Part shown: in pieces, positions 20,131 through 30,194 of the stretch
Layout of the letters: each line of letters begins with the position of its first letter
Numbering within the stretch: position 1 is the stretch's first letter
Assembly: GCA_048939995.1 (NCBI GenBank)
Contig: JBHLOY010000001.1
Location: 1-64,000, forward strand
Direction of reading: 5' to 3'
DNA: 64,000 nt
Origin: Promethearchaeota archaeon
GTDB lineage: Archaea; Asgardarchaeota; Lokiarchaeia; Sigyniarchaeales; SOKP01
Notes under the pieces: model-generated
Told to the model about the DNA's origin: nothing
Seen by the model: the letters and a program-made list of their open reading frames with translations, nothing else
The model's database searches: none
Translations under genes and position numbers: made by a program

Positions 20131-20327
20131 CCTTATTCACTTTTTTTAATTTGAAGATACAATAATCATAAGTTTTGATTTTAAAAATAGATTTGGGTTA
20201 TTATAATTTTTAATTTAACACTTTTAAAATCCAATTATCAAAGGATTAATTTTTATATGATGATTTTCTTAGAATCCCATAAGAATCCAAATAAATTTTT
20301 GAATATTTTATAAAAACAGTAATCAAG

Positions 20328-20786
20328 ATGAGGCCTTTAGATCTTTTCGGAATGATAGCAACTATAATAGGGATTAACTTTATTATAGCAGCTATTCTCT
20401 TTATGATAACTATTCCTCCACCTGTTTATCCTTATACCTCCATTTTGAAACCTATAAGAATTTTTATAGCTATAATTTTTATAATTGGTGCTTTAGCATT
20501 CATAGTTGGAATAATATCTCGAACAATAGATTATATTACAAAAGATAGAGTATCTAATCGAGAACTTCTAGTTGAAATAGTAGATAAGATTGTTAATTAC
20601 TTAAAGATTAATAAAGGAAAGGCCTTTTCAATAAACGCCTTATTGAAAAGAATACGTAAAGAAAATCAGATTGAAATTAATCAAGATATCTTAGAAGTGT
20701 TTATGCGTGATTTAGTTATGAGAAATGTGATAACATCCCAATTCAAAGATGGACAAGAATTTTTTATCTATACAAAAGATACTTAA
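20328..20786 (+). CDS. Two-TM membrane protein with C-terminal winged-helix-like domain
   Basis: Two hydrophobic segments, then IVNYLKINKGKAFSINALLKRI...LEVFMRDLVMRNVI...DGQEFFIY. Confidence 0.55.
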   Translation: MRPLDLFGMIATIIGINFIIAAILFMITIPPPVYPYTSILKPIRIFIAIIFIIGALAFIVGIISRTIDYITKDRVSNRELLVEIVDKIVNYLKINKGKAFSINALLKRIRKENQIEINQDILEVFMRDLVMRNVITSQFKDGQEFFIYTKDT

Positions 20787-20822
20787 TTGCGAATCTTAAG
20801 TGAGTAAAAGATAAATAAAAAT

Positions 20823-21782
20823 TTGACACTATTAAACAAAACACAAAAAATTTTTCGATTAATTTTGAATGAAATCCTATTAGAATTGTTAAAAAAGAAT
20901 TTTGATGAGAGTGAACTTAATCATCTTCCAGAGAAATTTGGAGGTGGAAAAATCTTCTCTCAACCTTTAGTTGGTGTTGCTCGCGGTGATGATTCAATCT
21001 TCTTTAAATTTAAAGAAATGGTAGGTCCTGAGCATCTTACACCATTAGAAATGTGGTTAGCAAGTGGTCAAAAACAGATACCAATATCAAATCTTAATAT
21101 AATATCTATAATACTTCCATTTGACGATAACATCCGAAGTTTGGGTAACAATCCAATCTCATTGCCAAAAATCACATTGCCTGCTGAAATATATTCAGTA
21201 GCAAGGAATTTTGGTAAAAGCTTTAGAAACTATATAATGGATCAAACTCTTGATTTTTTCCGAAATCAAGGTTTTAATGCCATTTCTGGAAAACTTAGTG
21301 ATGCCTATACTTTAATAGCTAAAAAGAATTTTTATTCAACCTGGTCAGAAAACCATATAGCATTTGCCACAGGATTAGGTACTTTTGGACTGCATGAGGG
21401 AATTATTACTGAGTCTGGTTGTAATGTTCGATTAACTTCAGTGATTACAAATGCCCCACTTCAAGTTACTCCAAGAAAAAGCGATGAACCATACGGTAAT
21501 TGTCTTTATTATGCTAAAGCAACTTGTAGAGAATGTGCTAAAAAATGTTCAGCTAACGCAATTACAGAAAAAGGTTATGATGCAACAAAATGCAATAAGT
21601 ACCGAAATAGAGTCGCAAGAGAAATGGTGCCACGTCTCAAGCCAATCCTTAAATCATATGATAGAAGGGTTAATTGGAAATATAAAGCGCATAATTTTCC
21701 AGTTGGTTGTGAGTTATGTCAATTCGGAGTTCAATGTACAGACAAAAATCCAATGGCAAGTCGCTATATCGATTGGTATTAA
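20823..21782 (+). CDS. QueG / reductive dehalogenase-like Fe-S protein
   Basis: WSENHIAFATGLGTFG, G-x-NVRLTSVIT, CRECAKKCSANAI, CELCQFGVQC. Confidence 0.8.
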   Translation: MTLLNKTQKIFRLILNEILLELLKKNFDESELNHLPEKFGGGKIFSQPLVGVARGDDSIFFKFKEMVGPEHLTPLEMWLASGQKQIPISNLNIISIILPFDDNIRSLGNNPISLPKITLPAEIYSVARNFGKSFRNYIMDQTLDFFRNQGFNAISGKLSDAYTLIAKKNFYSTWSENHIAFATGLGTFGLHEGIITESGCNVRLTSVITNAPLQVTPRKSDEPYGNCLYYAKATCRECAKKCSANAITEKGYDATKCNKYRNRVAREMVPRLKPILKSYDRRVNWKYKAHNFPVGCELCQFGVQCTDKNPMASRYIDWY

Positions 21783-21899
21783 AAAAGCACCTAGTACTCA
21801 ATCTCTCTTCAACTTTAATCATCCGTTTTACAAATAATTAAGGATAACACGAGTATTCAATAAATAAAAAAAATTAATAAAAAATATTAGGTTTTATTT

Positions 21900-22289
21900 C
21901 TATTGTTTTTGCTGCTGAATATAAAAATATAAGACCAGTACAAAGAATACCATCTGTATTGCGAAAAACAACCATCCAGCCCATCCTGTACCATCAAGAA
22001 AAATACCGAGAAGCTGAATAATTCCTCCTGTAATGCAAATTATTACATCAAGGATAATAAATAATTCAATTCTCTCCCAATCTTTCTCTCTATATGCTAT
22101 AAATGTGATAAATGCAAAACTTAGAAATATCACACCGATGTATCTTCCAGCTGTTGGGTCTGTAACAGGCCAGTCGATCCAATCTGCAAAAGTATGAATG
22201 AAAAATGTAAAAAACACACCAAATACAACCCATACTGCCAATTCCAAAAGAAGTATAATCTTTAAACCTTTTAAAATTTGTGTAGGCAT
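21900..22289 (-). CDS. Four-TM membrane protein
   Basis: Four hydrophobic helices; WPVTDP motif. Confidence 0.65.
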   Translation of the reverse strand: MPTQILKGLKIILLLELAVWVVFGVFFTFFIHTFADWIDWPVTDPTAGRYIGVIFLSFAFITFIAYREKDWERIELFIILDVIICITGGIIQLLGIFLDGTGWAGWLFFAIQMVFFVLVLYFYIQQQKQ

Positions 22290-22515
22290 TTGAATTTTCC
22301 CTTTTATTTTGTTAAATGTGTGACAAAAAGTTATGTAAGCTTTGATATAAATCTTTTTAATAATTGTGTTCAGTCTTAACTTACATTATACTCTTTGTAT
22401 TAGAAGAAATATTTTTGTTGAGAAACAATAAAGATCGGTCTATAATAATTTAATATATATTTGCGTCTAAATTCCCAGTATAAAGAATTTTATGAAAAAA
22501 TTAAAGTGACATTTT

Positions 22516-24498
22516 ATGAAATTTAATCAAAAAAATCTTTTGATATTAATAACTTTCATATTAACTCCCCCTTTTCTAATAGGAGCTATAATCTCTTTTA
22601 ATGAAAATAAAGTAACTGGATTAACAGAGCGAAACAACATACAATATAATCTATTCACTTCAAATTACAACCAGTTTTCCGAAGGTAATTTTACTGGTTA
22701 TGAATTCTCTTATTACAATCTTTCTGTTTACTTAAATGAAGGAACATCAACAGTAGCTGGAAATTTGACTGTAAATTATTATAATGCTGATCCGGTAAAC
22801 TTTTCTCGGATTCCTTTCCATATATATCCTTCTGGAATGCGATATGATACAAGACCTGGTTATATTGAAATAATAAATGTAACCACCTTAGAAGATCCTA
22901 AAGAAGAATTATATTTTGATTTTTATAATAGTACTCAATTGATGTGGGTAAATTTCACTACCGATTTAGAACCCGGAAATCGCACTTCCTTTATTATATC
23001 TTTCAATACTACACTTCCAGATGGAGGAATTGATAGAGCAAATGAATATGGCTGGGATCATAACCAAACTCGTATTTTTAAATTCTCCCATTGTTATCCT
23101 CAGCCTTGTGTATATGATCAATTTGATGGGTGGAATACTGATCCTTACCTCTTAACAGGTGATCCTTTCTATTTTGATATGGGTTATTATGATTTGATTA
23201 TAAACGTGCCAAAAAACATGATTGTAGCTGCAACAGGAGCATTAATAGAAAACTATACAATAGGAGATAGATCAATCCATCATTATAATCCTCATTTACC
23301 AGTACGCGAAGTTACATTTTCAGCATCTCGTTATTTTTTAGTAGAGTCTGTTGAACTTAAAGCAGGTACAACAAATGTTACGGTTTCAACCTATTTTCTT
23401 CCAAAATCTCATTGGTTATGGCACGATTTTGCTATGGACTGCATCAGTGCTGGAGGTTTATTTAATCTTACATTTGGAGATTACCCATATCCTTCATTAA
23501 ATGTGGTTCAAGAATATACTCATTATGGAGGGATGGAATATCCATGCCAAGTCTATGCCTCTGAAGCAGCAGACTATGCATCTAATCCTTGGGTATACCT
23601 TGAGACGGTTATTGTCCATGAAGTTGGTCATCAATGGTTTTATAATTTAGTAGGGGTTGATGAAGTTGATTGGGGTTTTTTAGATGAAGGCATTGTATGT
23701 TGGATTACAGATTGGGCTAAAGATTTTTTTCATCCTTCTTGGAACATTTTTGAACCTTATTGGTTAATGGATTATGTCTGGTATTATTCATTAAATATGG
23801 GTTTACCAAATAAAATTAATCAATCTGTATATGACTGTTTGGCTAGTGGTACTGATTATTGGTATGTAGCTTATAGAAAAGTTCCAGTGATTTTCGAAAA
23901 TTTGCGACGCATCATAGGGACTGATAAATTTCTCGAAGGATTGACCCTTTTTACGCATGAATATTACTTTGAAATTGCTACATTTGATGATTTTGTAAAT
24001 TCAATTGAAACTGCAGTAGGAGAATCTCTTGATTGGTACTTTTTTCCATGGTTTGATAATCCTTATCTTCCAAAATACAACTTTACTAGCGTGGTATATG
24101 ATGCTCAAAGTAAGTTGATAAACATTACCATAGAAGATGTTAATGAAGGATTGAATCCATATAGCTATTCGCAACCAATTCCAATCGAAATTTATAGTAA
24201 TAGTTCAATTTTAGAATTCAGTGGTTCTAAATGGGTTAATAGCACTAGTTCCATAATAATTCCAATTGAAACAACACCAGATAGGGTTGTATTGAATTAT
24301 TATGCGGAGAATATACCTGTACAATTATCTGAATATGGAATAACATACTTAGAAACCACAGATATCACAGTTATACCTCTTCCCGTTCAAGAAATTCCGG
24401 GATATGATATTACGGTTATTTTACTTTCTCTCTCTGCTCCGGGATTAATAATATTATTGTTAGCAAAAAAGAAGGTTGTTAGAGCTCATTCAAAATAA
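22516..24498 (+). CDS. Surface M1-family zinc aminopeptidase with Loki-CTERM-like anchor
   Basis: N-terminal signal, GGMEYP, HEVGHQWF followed by LDEG, many N-x-S/T sequons, C-terminal IPGYD + TM + KKK. Confidence 0.9.
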   Translation: MKFNQKNLLILITFILTPPFLIGAIISFNENKVTGLTERNNIQYNLFTSNYNQFSEGNFTGYEFSYYNLSVYLNEGTSTVAGNLTVNYYNADPVNFSRIPFHIYPSGMRYDTRPGYIEIINVTTLEDPKEELYFDFYNSTQLMWVNFTTDLEPGNRTSFIISFNTTLPDGGIDRANEYGWDHNQTRIFKFSHCYPQPCVYDQFDGWNTDPYLLTGDPFYFDMGYYDLIINVPKNMIVAATGALIENYTIGDRSIHHYNPHLPVREVTFSASRYFLVESVELKAGTTNVTVSTYFLPKSHWLWHDFAMDCISAGGLFNLTFGDYPYPSLNVVQEYTHYGGMEYPCQVYASEAADYASNPWVYLETVIVHEVGHQWFYNLVGVDEVDWGFLDEGIVCWITDWAKDFFHPSWNIFEPYWLMDYVWYYSLNMGLPNKINQSVYDCLASGTDYWYVAYRKVPVIFENLRRIIGTDKFLEGLTLFTHEYYFEIATFDDFVNSIETAVGESLDWYFFPWFDNPYLPKYNFTSVVYDAQSKLINITIEDVNEGLNPYSYSQPIPIEIYSNSSILEFSGSKWVNSTSSIIIPIETTPDRVVLNYYAENIPVQLSEYGITYLETTDITVIPLPVQEIPGYDITVILLSLSAPGLIILLLAKKKVVRAHSK

Positions 24499-24622
24499 AT
24501 CTAATTTTTTTTTATTTGAATTAATTATTCAGTGAATGATCTAATTGATTTTAAAGTTGCATTAAAAAAAAAGAAAAAAATGAATATTTTATCGGTTTAA
24601 AACCCAAATTTTTGATTTGTGT

Positions 24623-24841
24623 TTATTTGTATTTAATCGCTAGGAGTAAGTCATTCTTTGTAATTTTCTTTCTATTTGCATGCATTGTGAATTGTCTTGC
24701 TTTATCGGTCAAAGCAGTTGCACTTTTTTCAAGATGATCAATTAATAAATCAACTGCGTTTCGAGCTACTATACTTGCACCCTGTTGCTTCATTAATCGT
24801 CTGATTGGGCTCCATGCGAAAGAATGTTTCTTTTTTGCCAT
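24623..24841 (-). CDS. Archaeal histone (HMf family)
   Basis: SPIRRLMKQQGASIVARNAV...HANRKKITKNDLLLA histone fold; GGAGG SD upstream. Confidence 0.93.
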   Translation of the reverse strand: MAKKKHSFAWSPIRRLMKQQGASIVARNAVDLLIDHLEKSATALTDKARQFTMHANRKKITKNDLLLAIKYK

Positions 24842-25784
24842 AATTTTATTCCTCCACTTTTTTATGAAATTTTTTTATCTTTTTAATTTTTAATTTTTTT
24901 TGAGGTTATATTTAGAGTATCTTAGATAATAATATATCCGAAGGATTATTTAAATGTTATGTAGTAATGTGAAGAGGGTGGGAAATTAAGGGCATAAAAA
25001 ATCACGACAAAAAATTTTTGTTTTGAATTAACCATCACCATCTATGATATATCATAAGGTGATCATACTTCGGAGTTGAATTAAATTTGTTAGTATCACC
25101 ATTATTCAAATAATAAAACCGAACATTATGTCATTTATATTGATTTCAATATCATTCAATGGAAAATTAAAAAATCTACAGTTAAAAAAAATTATCCATG
25201 ATAAGTTTCATGTCATTTGATATCTGATCACTTGATGGGTAACTAATCGAAACAGATGAACTGATTTTATTAGACTAAAAACATTTCGATTATACATTTT
25301 GAAAAATTCTTGGTATATTTTAAATTTATTACGATAGACTGGAGATTAAAGAAATTTTGAATTAAAAAGTCACATTCCCACCTTAAGGTACCCCATAAAA
25401 TTTTTGATCATGATTATTAAGTTATGATCGAGATAAGAAAGATACATTTATTCTAACTTAGAGATCACCTAAGTAATTATAGAAGGAATGACAATTGGGT
25501 TTTATGGGGGATAAAATTATTTTATTTTTTGAGATATCAAGTGAAATATTACAATCAAATTTTACCTAATTCAAAAGGTAGAAAACCTAATCCAAGTTAG
25601 ATTTACTTCATCTAATAGAACAACAAAATTTTAAAAACTAAAATATAGAGGTTCAAAAAGTTTGCGCTCATTTTTTTCAAAAATTTGAAATTTTAATTTG
25701 TAAACAAAAATTTTAATTAATTCTTATTATTTATATTATCAAAATAATTCGATTATTGAAATATTACATCCGAGGAGCAAAAAT

Positions 25785-26405
25785 TTGAGCGAACAAACCA
25801 TAATGGTCCCTGGAGCGGCCTCGATAGCCGTAAAATGCAAGGATGGAGTAGTTCTAGGTAGCGATCGTCGTGCTACGTGGGGTTATACGGTTATCAATAA
25901 GTCAACACAAAAAGTCTTCAAAATCACAGATCATATTGGATTATGTGCTTATGGTCTTATTGGTGATTTTCAAATTTTAGTAAAAATCCTTCGAGCACAA
26001 GCAAACCTTTATGAACTCGATGCTAGTGAACGTATAAACACCCAGAGTTTAGCTAAATTGGTATCTAACTTTTTATATTCTCGAAAGATGATGCCTTTAT
26101 ATACAAATTTAGTAGTAGCTGGTATGGACAAGGACGGTCCGAAGTTATACACCCTTGATGCGATCGGGAGTTTAATACCTGATGATTATGGAGCTGCTGG
26201 AACAGGTATGCTTTTTTCCTACGGTATCCTCGAAGCAGAATATAAAAAAGATATGACTGTTATGGAAGGGGAAAAGCTCGTAGAGAAAACGATAAGAAAT
26301 GCAATAAAAAGAGATGCAATGAGTGGGAATGGGATTGATTTACTAATCATTACGAAGGATGGAACCAAGGAAAAATTTATTGAGATTAAGGAATTAGGAG
26401 AATAA
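25785..26405 (+). CDS. psmB: 20S proteasome beta subunit lacking catalytic Thr1
   Basis: KCKDGVVLGSDRRAT, KVFKITDHIG, LDAIGS, RDAMSGNGID; GAAS replaces GTTT; GAGGAG SD before TTG. Confidence 0.92.
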   Translation: MSEQTIMVPGAASIAVKCKDGVVLGSDRRATWGYTVINKSTQKVFKITDHIGLCAYGLIGDFQILVKILRAQANLYELDASERINTQSLAKLVSNFLYSRKMMPLYTNLVVAGMDKDGPKLYTLDAIGSLIPDDYGAAGTGMLFSYGILEAEYKKDMTVMEGEKLVEKTIRNAIKRDAMSGNGIDLLIITKDGTKEKFIEIKELGE

Positions 26406-26515
26406 AATTTCCATTCTATTTCTAAAAAAACCTTTTTAAAAAAAAGGAACAAAAGAAACTATATATTCTCAGTTCACTTTATATTTATTTACAATTACTA
26501 TATATTCAACTCTGA

Positions 26516-26589
26516 GGGGGGGTGGTCTAGACTGGTATGATACTGGGTTCGGAACCCAGTGGTCGCGGGTTCAAATCCCGTCCCTCCCA
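26516..26589 (+). tRNA. tRNA-Pro (anticodon CGG), intronless, CCA not encoded
   Basis: Acceptor GGGGGGG/CCCTCCC + A73, D arm, anticodon arm CTGGG-TTCGGAA-CCCAG, T arm GCGGG-TTCAAAT-CCCGT. Confidence 0.95.
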
Positions 26590-26708
26590 TTTTAAAATTT
26601 TTAATTTAGAGATACTAATATTTTGACAAATTCTGTGAATTTGCTAAAAAATTTATTGAATGCTAATTTTTTTACTAGTGAGCTTGATTTATAAGTTGGT
26701 GGATTTCA

Positions 26709-28745
26709 TTGTATCTATTTGGCAATGTATTCAAAGATATCAGCAAGATAAAAGGATATAATAAGGAAGAAATTCTGGAAATTAAGAATAAGATTGTAAA
26801 ATTAAATTCTGATAAGGAAGAATTAGATGAACTTATAAAAAAGGAATTCCAACTAGAACTCTTAAACTATTTTAATCAGTACATTGAAGACATTAAACAA
26901 TTTATAGAACAGTATTTAATCTCAGATATAGAAAGTTCTTATTACCTTGATTTAAAAAACGAAATCCAGAAGGAATTAAAATTAATTTCTAATAACTTAG
27001 CATTTTTGAGCGCTAATGGGAGGAATATAAAGAGATTTCTAAAGGAGAATCAACGATTAAATGACTTTCTGGTCAAAATGAAGGTTCTAATTGATGAAAC
27101 AGATGTTATTGCTTCAATTCTAAGGAGGTATATGAAAGAAATTGAAAAGGAATACAATAACGATACATATTTATGGATAGAATCAAATAAAGTCAAAAAT
27201 ATTAATTTTAAGTTAAATGAACTACCTAAAAGCTTGACTAAATGGAATGAAATTCAAGATATAACCACTTTTATTAATAGTTTAGTCGAAGCAAAAACTA
27301 AAAAAAAAATTAGATCAAAAAAAGATACTACATTGACTTTCCATTTTGATGAACTTTACCAATATTTCTTAGCAAAACAAGATAAAAAATTAGGTGCTTA
27401 TATAGATTTAATATTTTTACTATACCGAAAAAAGATTATTGAGGAATATAAAGGAGACGAATTTATTAATGTTATCGAGCGGAAAGACATTGTTAGTAAT
27501 TTAAAAACAAATTTGCGTCCCATCTTAAAATCTTTAATTGACGATAAATTGAAAGGAATTCTAAATGAAATATCTGAATTGGATAAAGATTATAATTTAG
27601 ATGGGCAGAAAGGAGAAATAGATATAAAAAAACTAATGAAACAAAAGGTTAAAGTCTTTTTACCTCAATTAGTAGATTTATATTTTATTGGATTAGATAA
27701 AAAGTTTCAATCCTTAATAAATAAAGCAGATGAGAAAAATTTTGATGATTTTGTTAAAATTGTAAATGCTTACTATGAAAAAACTGATAATCTGTTATCT
27801 AAAATAGATGAAATTGACACTTGGCTTTTAAAATACGAACAATTTTTGCATCCTTACGCAAATTTAACGAGTTCTTTAAAGAAAACAATTGCTAATTTAA
27901 CCTCTGATATTTACCGAAGAAAAGAAGAATATATGGTATACTTGAATAGTGTTAAAGATGAGGGGTTAAGAGTTGATATTAGAGCATACATTAACGAAAA
28001 AGCTGATGAAGTCAATAAATTGATCAGTGATTATGAAGATAAAACATCAAGGATAATTCGGGAAGAATTACCGCAATTAAAGCAAATACGAGAATTATTA
28101 AGCGATTATAAGTCAAAAATAGATGAAATCAAAGATGAGGTATATAAGAAATTAGATAAATTTAAAGAAAGTAATATTGATATATATCAGGTCATAAAAC
28201 AGTGGGAAAATAATTTTATAAGAAAGAAACAACAATTAACTTTTCTTTTAACCTTACTGATCAATAAGATTTTTAAAAGTTTTAAGGATTTAATAGATGA
28301 AGAATCTATCTTATTCGCTGAAATAACAGAAATTACGAAACAGACAGAAAATTTCGAAGGATTACCTTTAAATTTTGCACTTTCTGCATTTCTGGCTGAG
28401 AGACTCTCTGAGGAAGAATTAAGGGAGCGAATTTCAGAAATAAATGCTAAAATTAACCAATTAACTACCAGTATGGGATTATATCAGGTGGAGCTCTCAA
28501 AATTAGAAGAAATTCTTTCCAAAAAAGTAAAAGTAAGGCAAGGTGTTGCGGTTTCAAAAATTCAATGCACCGTATGCCATAAAAATATCAATTTTGCTCA
28601 GGATAAATTGATAACATGCCCTTTTTGTGGCAGTACATATCATTATTTATGTGTAGCTGATTGGCTTTCAAAGCAGAATTCTTGTCCTATGTGTATGAAT
28701 CATTTTCTTGAACCTTATTCTGGTTTATTCGAAACTGATGACTAA
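26709..28745 (+). CDS. Long helical/coiled-coil protein with C-terminal C4HC3 RING-variant finger (candidate E3 ligase)
   Basis: CTVC...CPFCGSTYHYLCVADWL...CPMC at the C-terminus. Confidence 0.75.
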   Translation: MYLFGNVFKDISKIKGYNKEEILEIKNKIVKLNSDKEELDELIKKEFQLELLNYFNQYIEDIKQFIEQYLISDIESSYYLDLKNEIQKELKLISNNLAFLSANGRNIKRFLKENQRLNDFLVKMKVLIDETDVIASILRRYMKEIEKEYNNDTYLWIESNKVKNINFKLNELPKSLTKWNEIQDITTFINSLVEAKTKKKIRSKKDTTLTFHFDELYQYFLAKQDKKLGAYIDLIFLLYRKKIIEEYKGDEFINVIERKDIVSNLKTNLRPILKSLIDDKLKGILNEISELDKDYNLDGQKGEIDIKKLMKQKVKVFLPQLVDLYFIGLDKKFQSLINKADEKNFDDFVKIVNAYYEKTDNLLSKIDEIDTWLLKYEQFLHPYANLTSSLKKTIANLTSDIYRRKEEYMVYLNSVKDEGLRVDIRAYINEKADEVNKLISDYEDKTSRIIREELPQLKQIRELLSDYKSKIDEIKDEVYKKLDKFKESNIDIYQVIKQWENNFIRKKQQLTFLLTLLINKIFKSFKDLIDEESILFAEITEITKQTENFEGLPLNFALSAFLAERLSEEELRERISEINAKINQLTTSMGLYQVELSKLEEILSKKVKVRQGVAVSKIQCTVCHKNINFAQDKLITCPFCGSTYHYLCVADWLSKQNSCPMCMNHFLEPYSGLFETDD

Positions 28746-28999
28746 AACTCATCTACTATTACTTCATATGCTCGAGCTGAAAAATGGGAATCTAGGTAGA
28801 GTCTTAAAGAATGAGTTGGATAATCATTGTAAGCGTGAGTATGTACATAATTTAGGGGCCATTGATCTACATTAATGTTTGTTAAGTTTAAAATTTTAAT
28901 ATCTTTTCCATAAATAGGCATTTTACATACAGGACAGATTGTAATGAGCTTTTTCATTAAAGAAGAAGGATATTTAGATTTAATTTCAGTCATGTTCAA
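28742..28999 (-). CDS. Small Cys/His metal-binding protein
   Basis: CPVC...WPLNYVHTH...HSLRLYLD. Confidence 0.6.
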   Translation of the reverse strand: MNMTEIKSKYPSSLMKKLITICPVCKMPIYGKDIKILNLTNINVDQWPLNYVHTHAYNDYPTHSLRLYLDSHFSARAYEVIVDEF

Positions 29000-29104
29000 G
29001 ATACTAGTTTCAACTTTAAATTGAAATTTAAAATAGGATAAATAAAGAACACTAAAAATTACCTATGTCACTAAGATGTTATCAAAGTAAAGCTTTTGAA
29101 GGTA

Positions 29105-29983
29105 TTAAGCAAAAGTTCCTTCAAAAACACCCTCTAAATAATCTCTTATTCGACTCTTTGCTTTTGGCTCATTATTAAACTTTGCATAAAGATAGCTACC
29201 AAGGAAGGTTTTAACTTCCATTTTTAGATCCTTAAAATCAATGAAATCATAACCATCATCTAATTTTTCTTTGGTAATTAAAGGGGTAATATGTTTATTA
29301 ATAAGATATAAAATAAATCTAACCAAAATGGTACTTATTTGCTCTTCCTCTTCTTTAGTTAAATCATATTCACCATGCACAATTGCATCCTTAATGTTAT
29401 TTAATAGCAATAAATCCTGTTCAACATCTTTAGATACCTTTAATTTTTTGATTTTATTAGGTAGATCTCTCACATTCTTTAAATCGAGGACATTATCACA
29501 ATAATTCTCTAAACTAGCAAAAAAGCGAACAAGAAATTTAAAATTATCATTGATATTATACAAATTTTCCCAAACTTCCATATTTAAGTCATGCATTGTT
29601 ATTTCTATTTCTTGCTCGACTTTTTTTGAAACTTCTTTTAAAAAGTGGGTATAATCTCCGAAAGGAAAGCCGAAGTAGTAGCTATTATATTTATTCTGAA
29701 TATCTTTTGAGGAGATTGAATTATCTTGAATTTTTTCTTTTTTCACTAGTTCTTTCACAAAATTTAGTACATAATTACAATTTGGGCAATAGGTTTTCCA
29801 TGTACTAATAATTGCTTCTGGTGGTTTAATTCCATTACTTAAGTATCCATTAAAACCAGATAACTTTTTCCCATCAGAAGTTGAGAAGATTGCATCCTCA
29901 GGGTAAAACGTCCTTGGAATAAATTTATTTTCACAAACAGGACATTTAATCATCTGTTTTTCGCTCATATTCATCCTCTTCAT
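29105..29983 (-). CDS. Zinc-ribbon plus helical domain protein
   Basis: CPVC...CPNC at the N-terminus; helical C-terminal half. Confidence 0.6.
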   Translation of the reverse strand: MKRMNMSEKQMIKCPVCENKFIPRTFYPEDAIFSTSDGKKLSGFNGYLSNGIKPPEAIISTWKTYCPNCNYVLNFVKELVKKEKIQDNSISSKDIQNKYNSYYFGFPFGDYTHFLKEVSKKVEQEIEITMHDLNMEVWENLYNINDNFKFLVRFFASLENYCDNVLDLKNVRDLPNKIKKLKVSKDVEQDLLLLNNIKDAIVHGEYDLTKEEEEQISTILVRFILYLINKHITPLITKEKLDDGYDFIDFKDLKMEVKTFLGSYLYAKFNNEPKAKSRIRDYLEGVFEGTFA

Positions 29984-30194
29984 TCAAAATATATTCTTAT
30001 ACCTTTTTTTCGAGAGACCTCAAATCATTCAAAATTCTAAATTTTCAAACCAAAAAAAATCAAAAGGTATTATTATTTAACAAATTTCGAAATTTATTCT
30101 ACTATTTTAAATGAATTTCTAATGGATTATTATTTATTTATAATACTAGGATATTTCATTTCTTTAATAGACCAAAAATATTTGAAGACAAATA

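Noticed and set aside
20823-21782. Respiratory reductive dehalogenase
   Set aside because: No Tat signal or rdhB anchor gene; better described as a QueG-like Fe-S protein.
26543-26559. Reading the tRNA as Arg(TCG) or Ser(GGA)
   Set aside because: Only the CTGGG/CCCAG stem pairs, which centres CGG; the variable loop is short.
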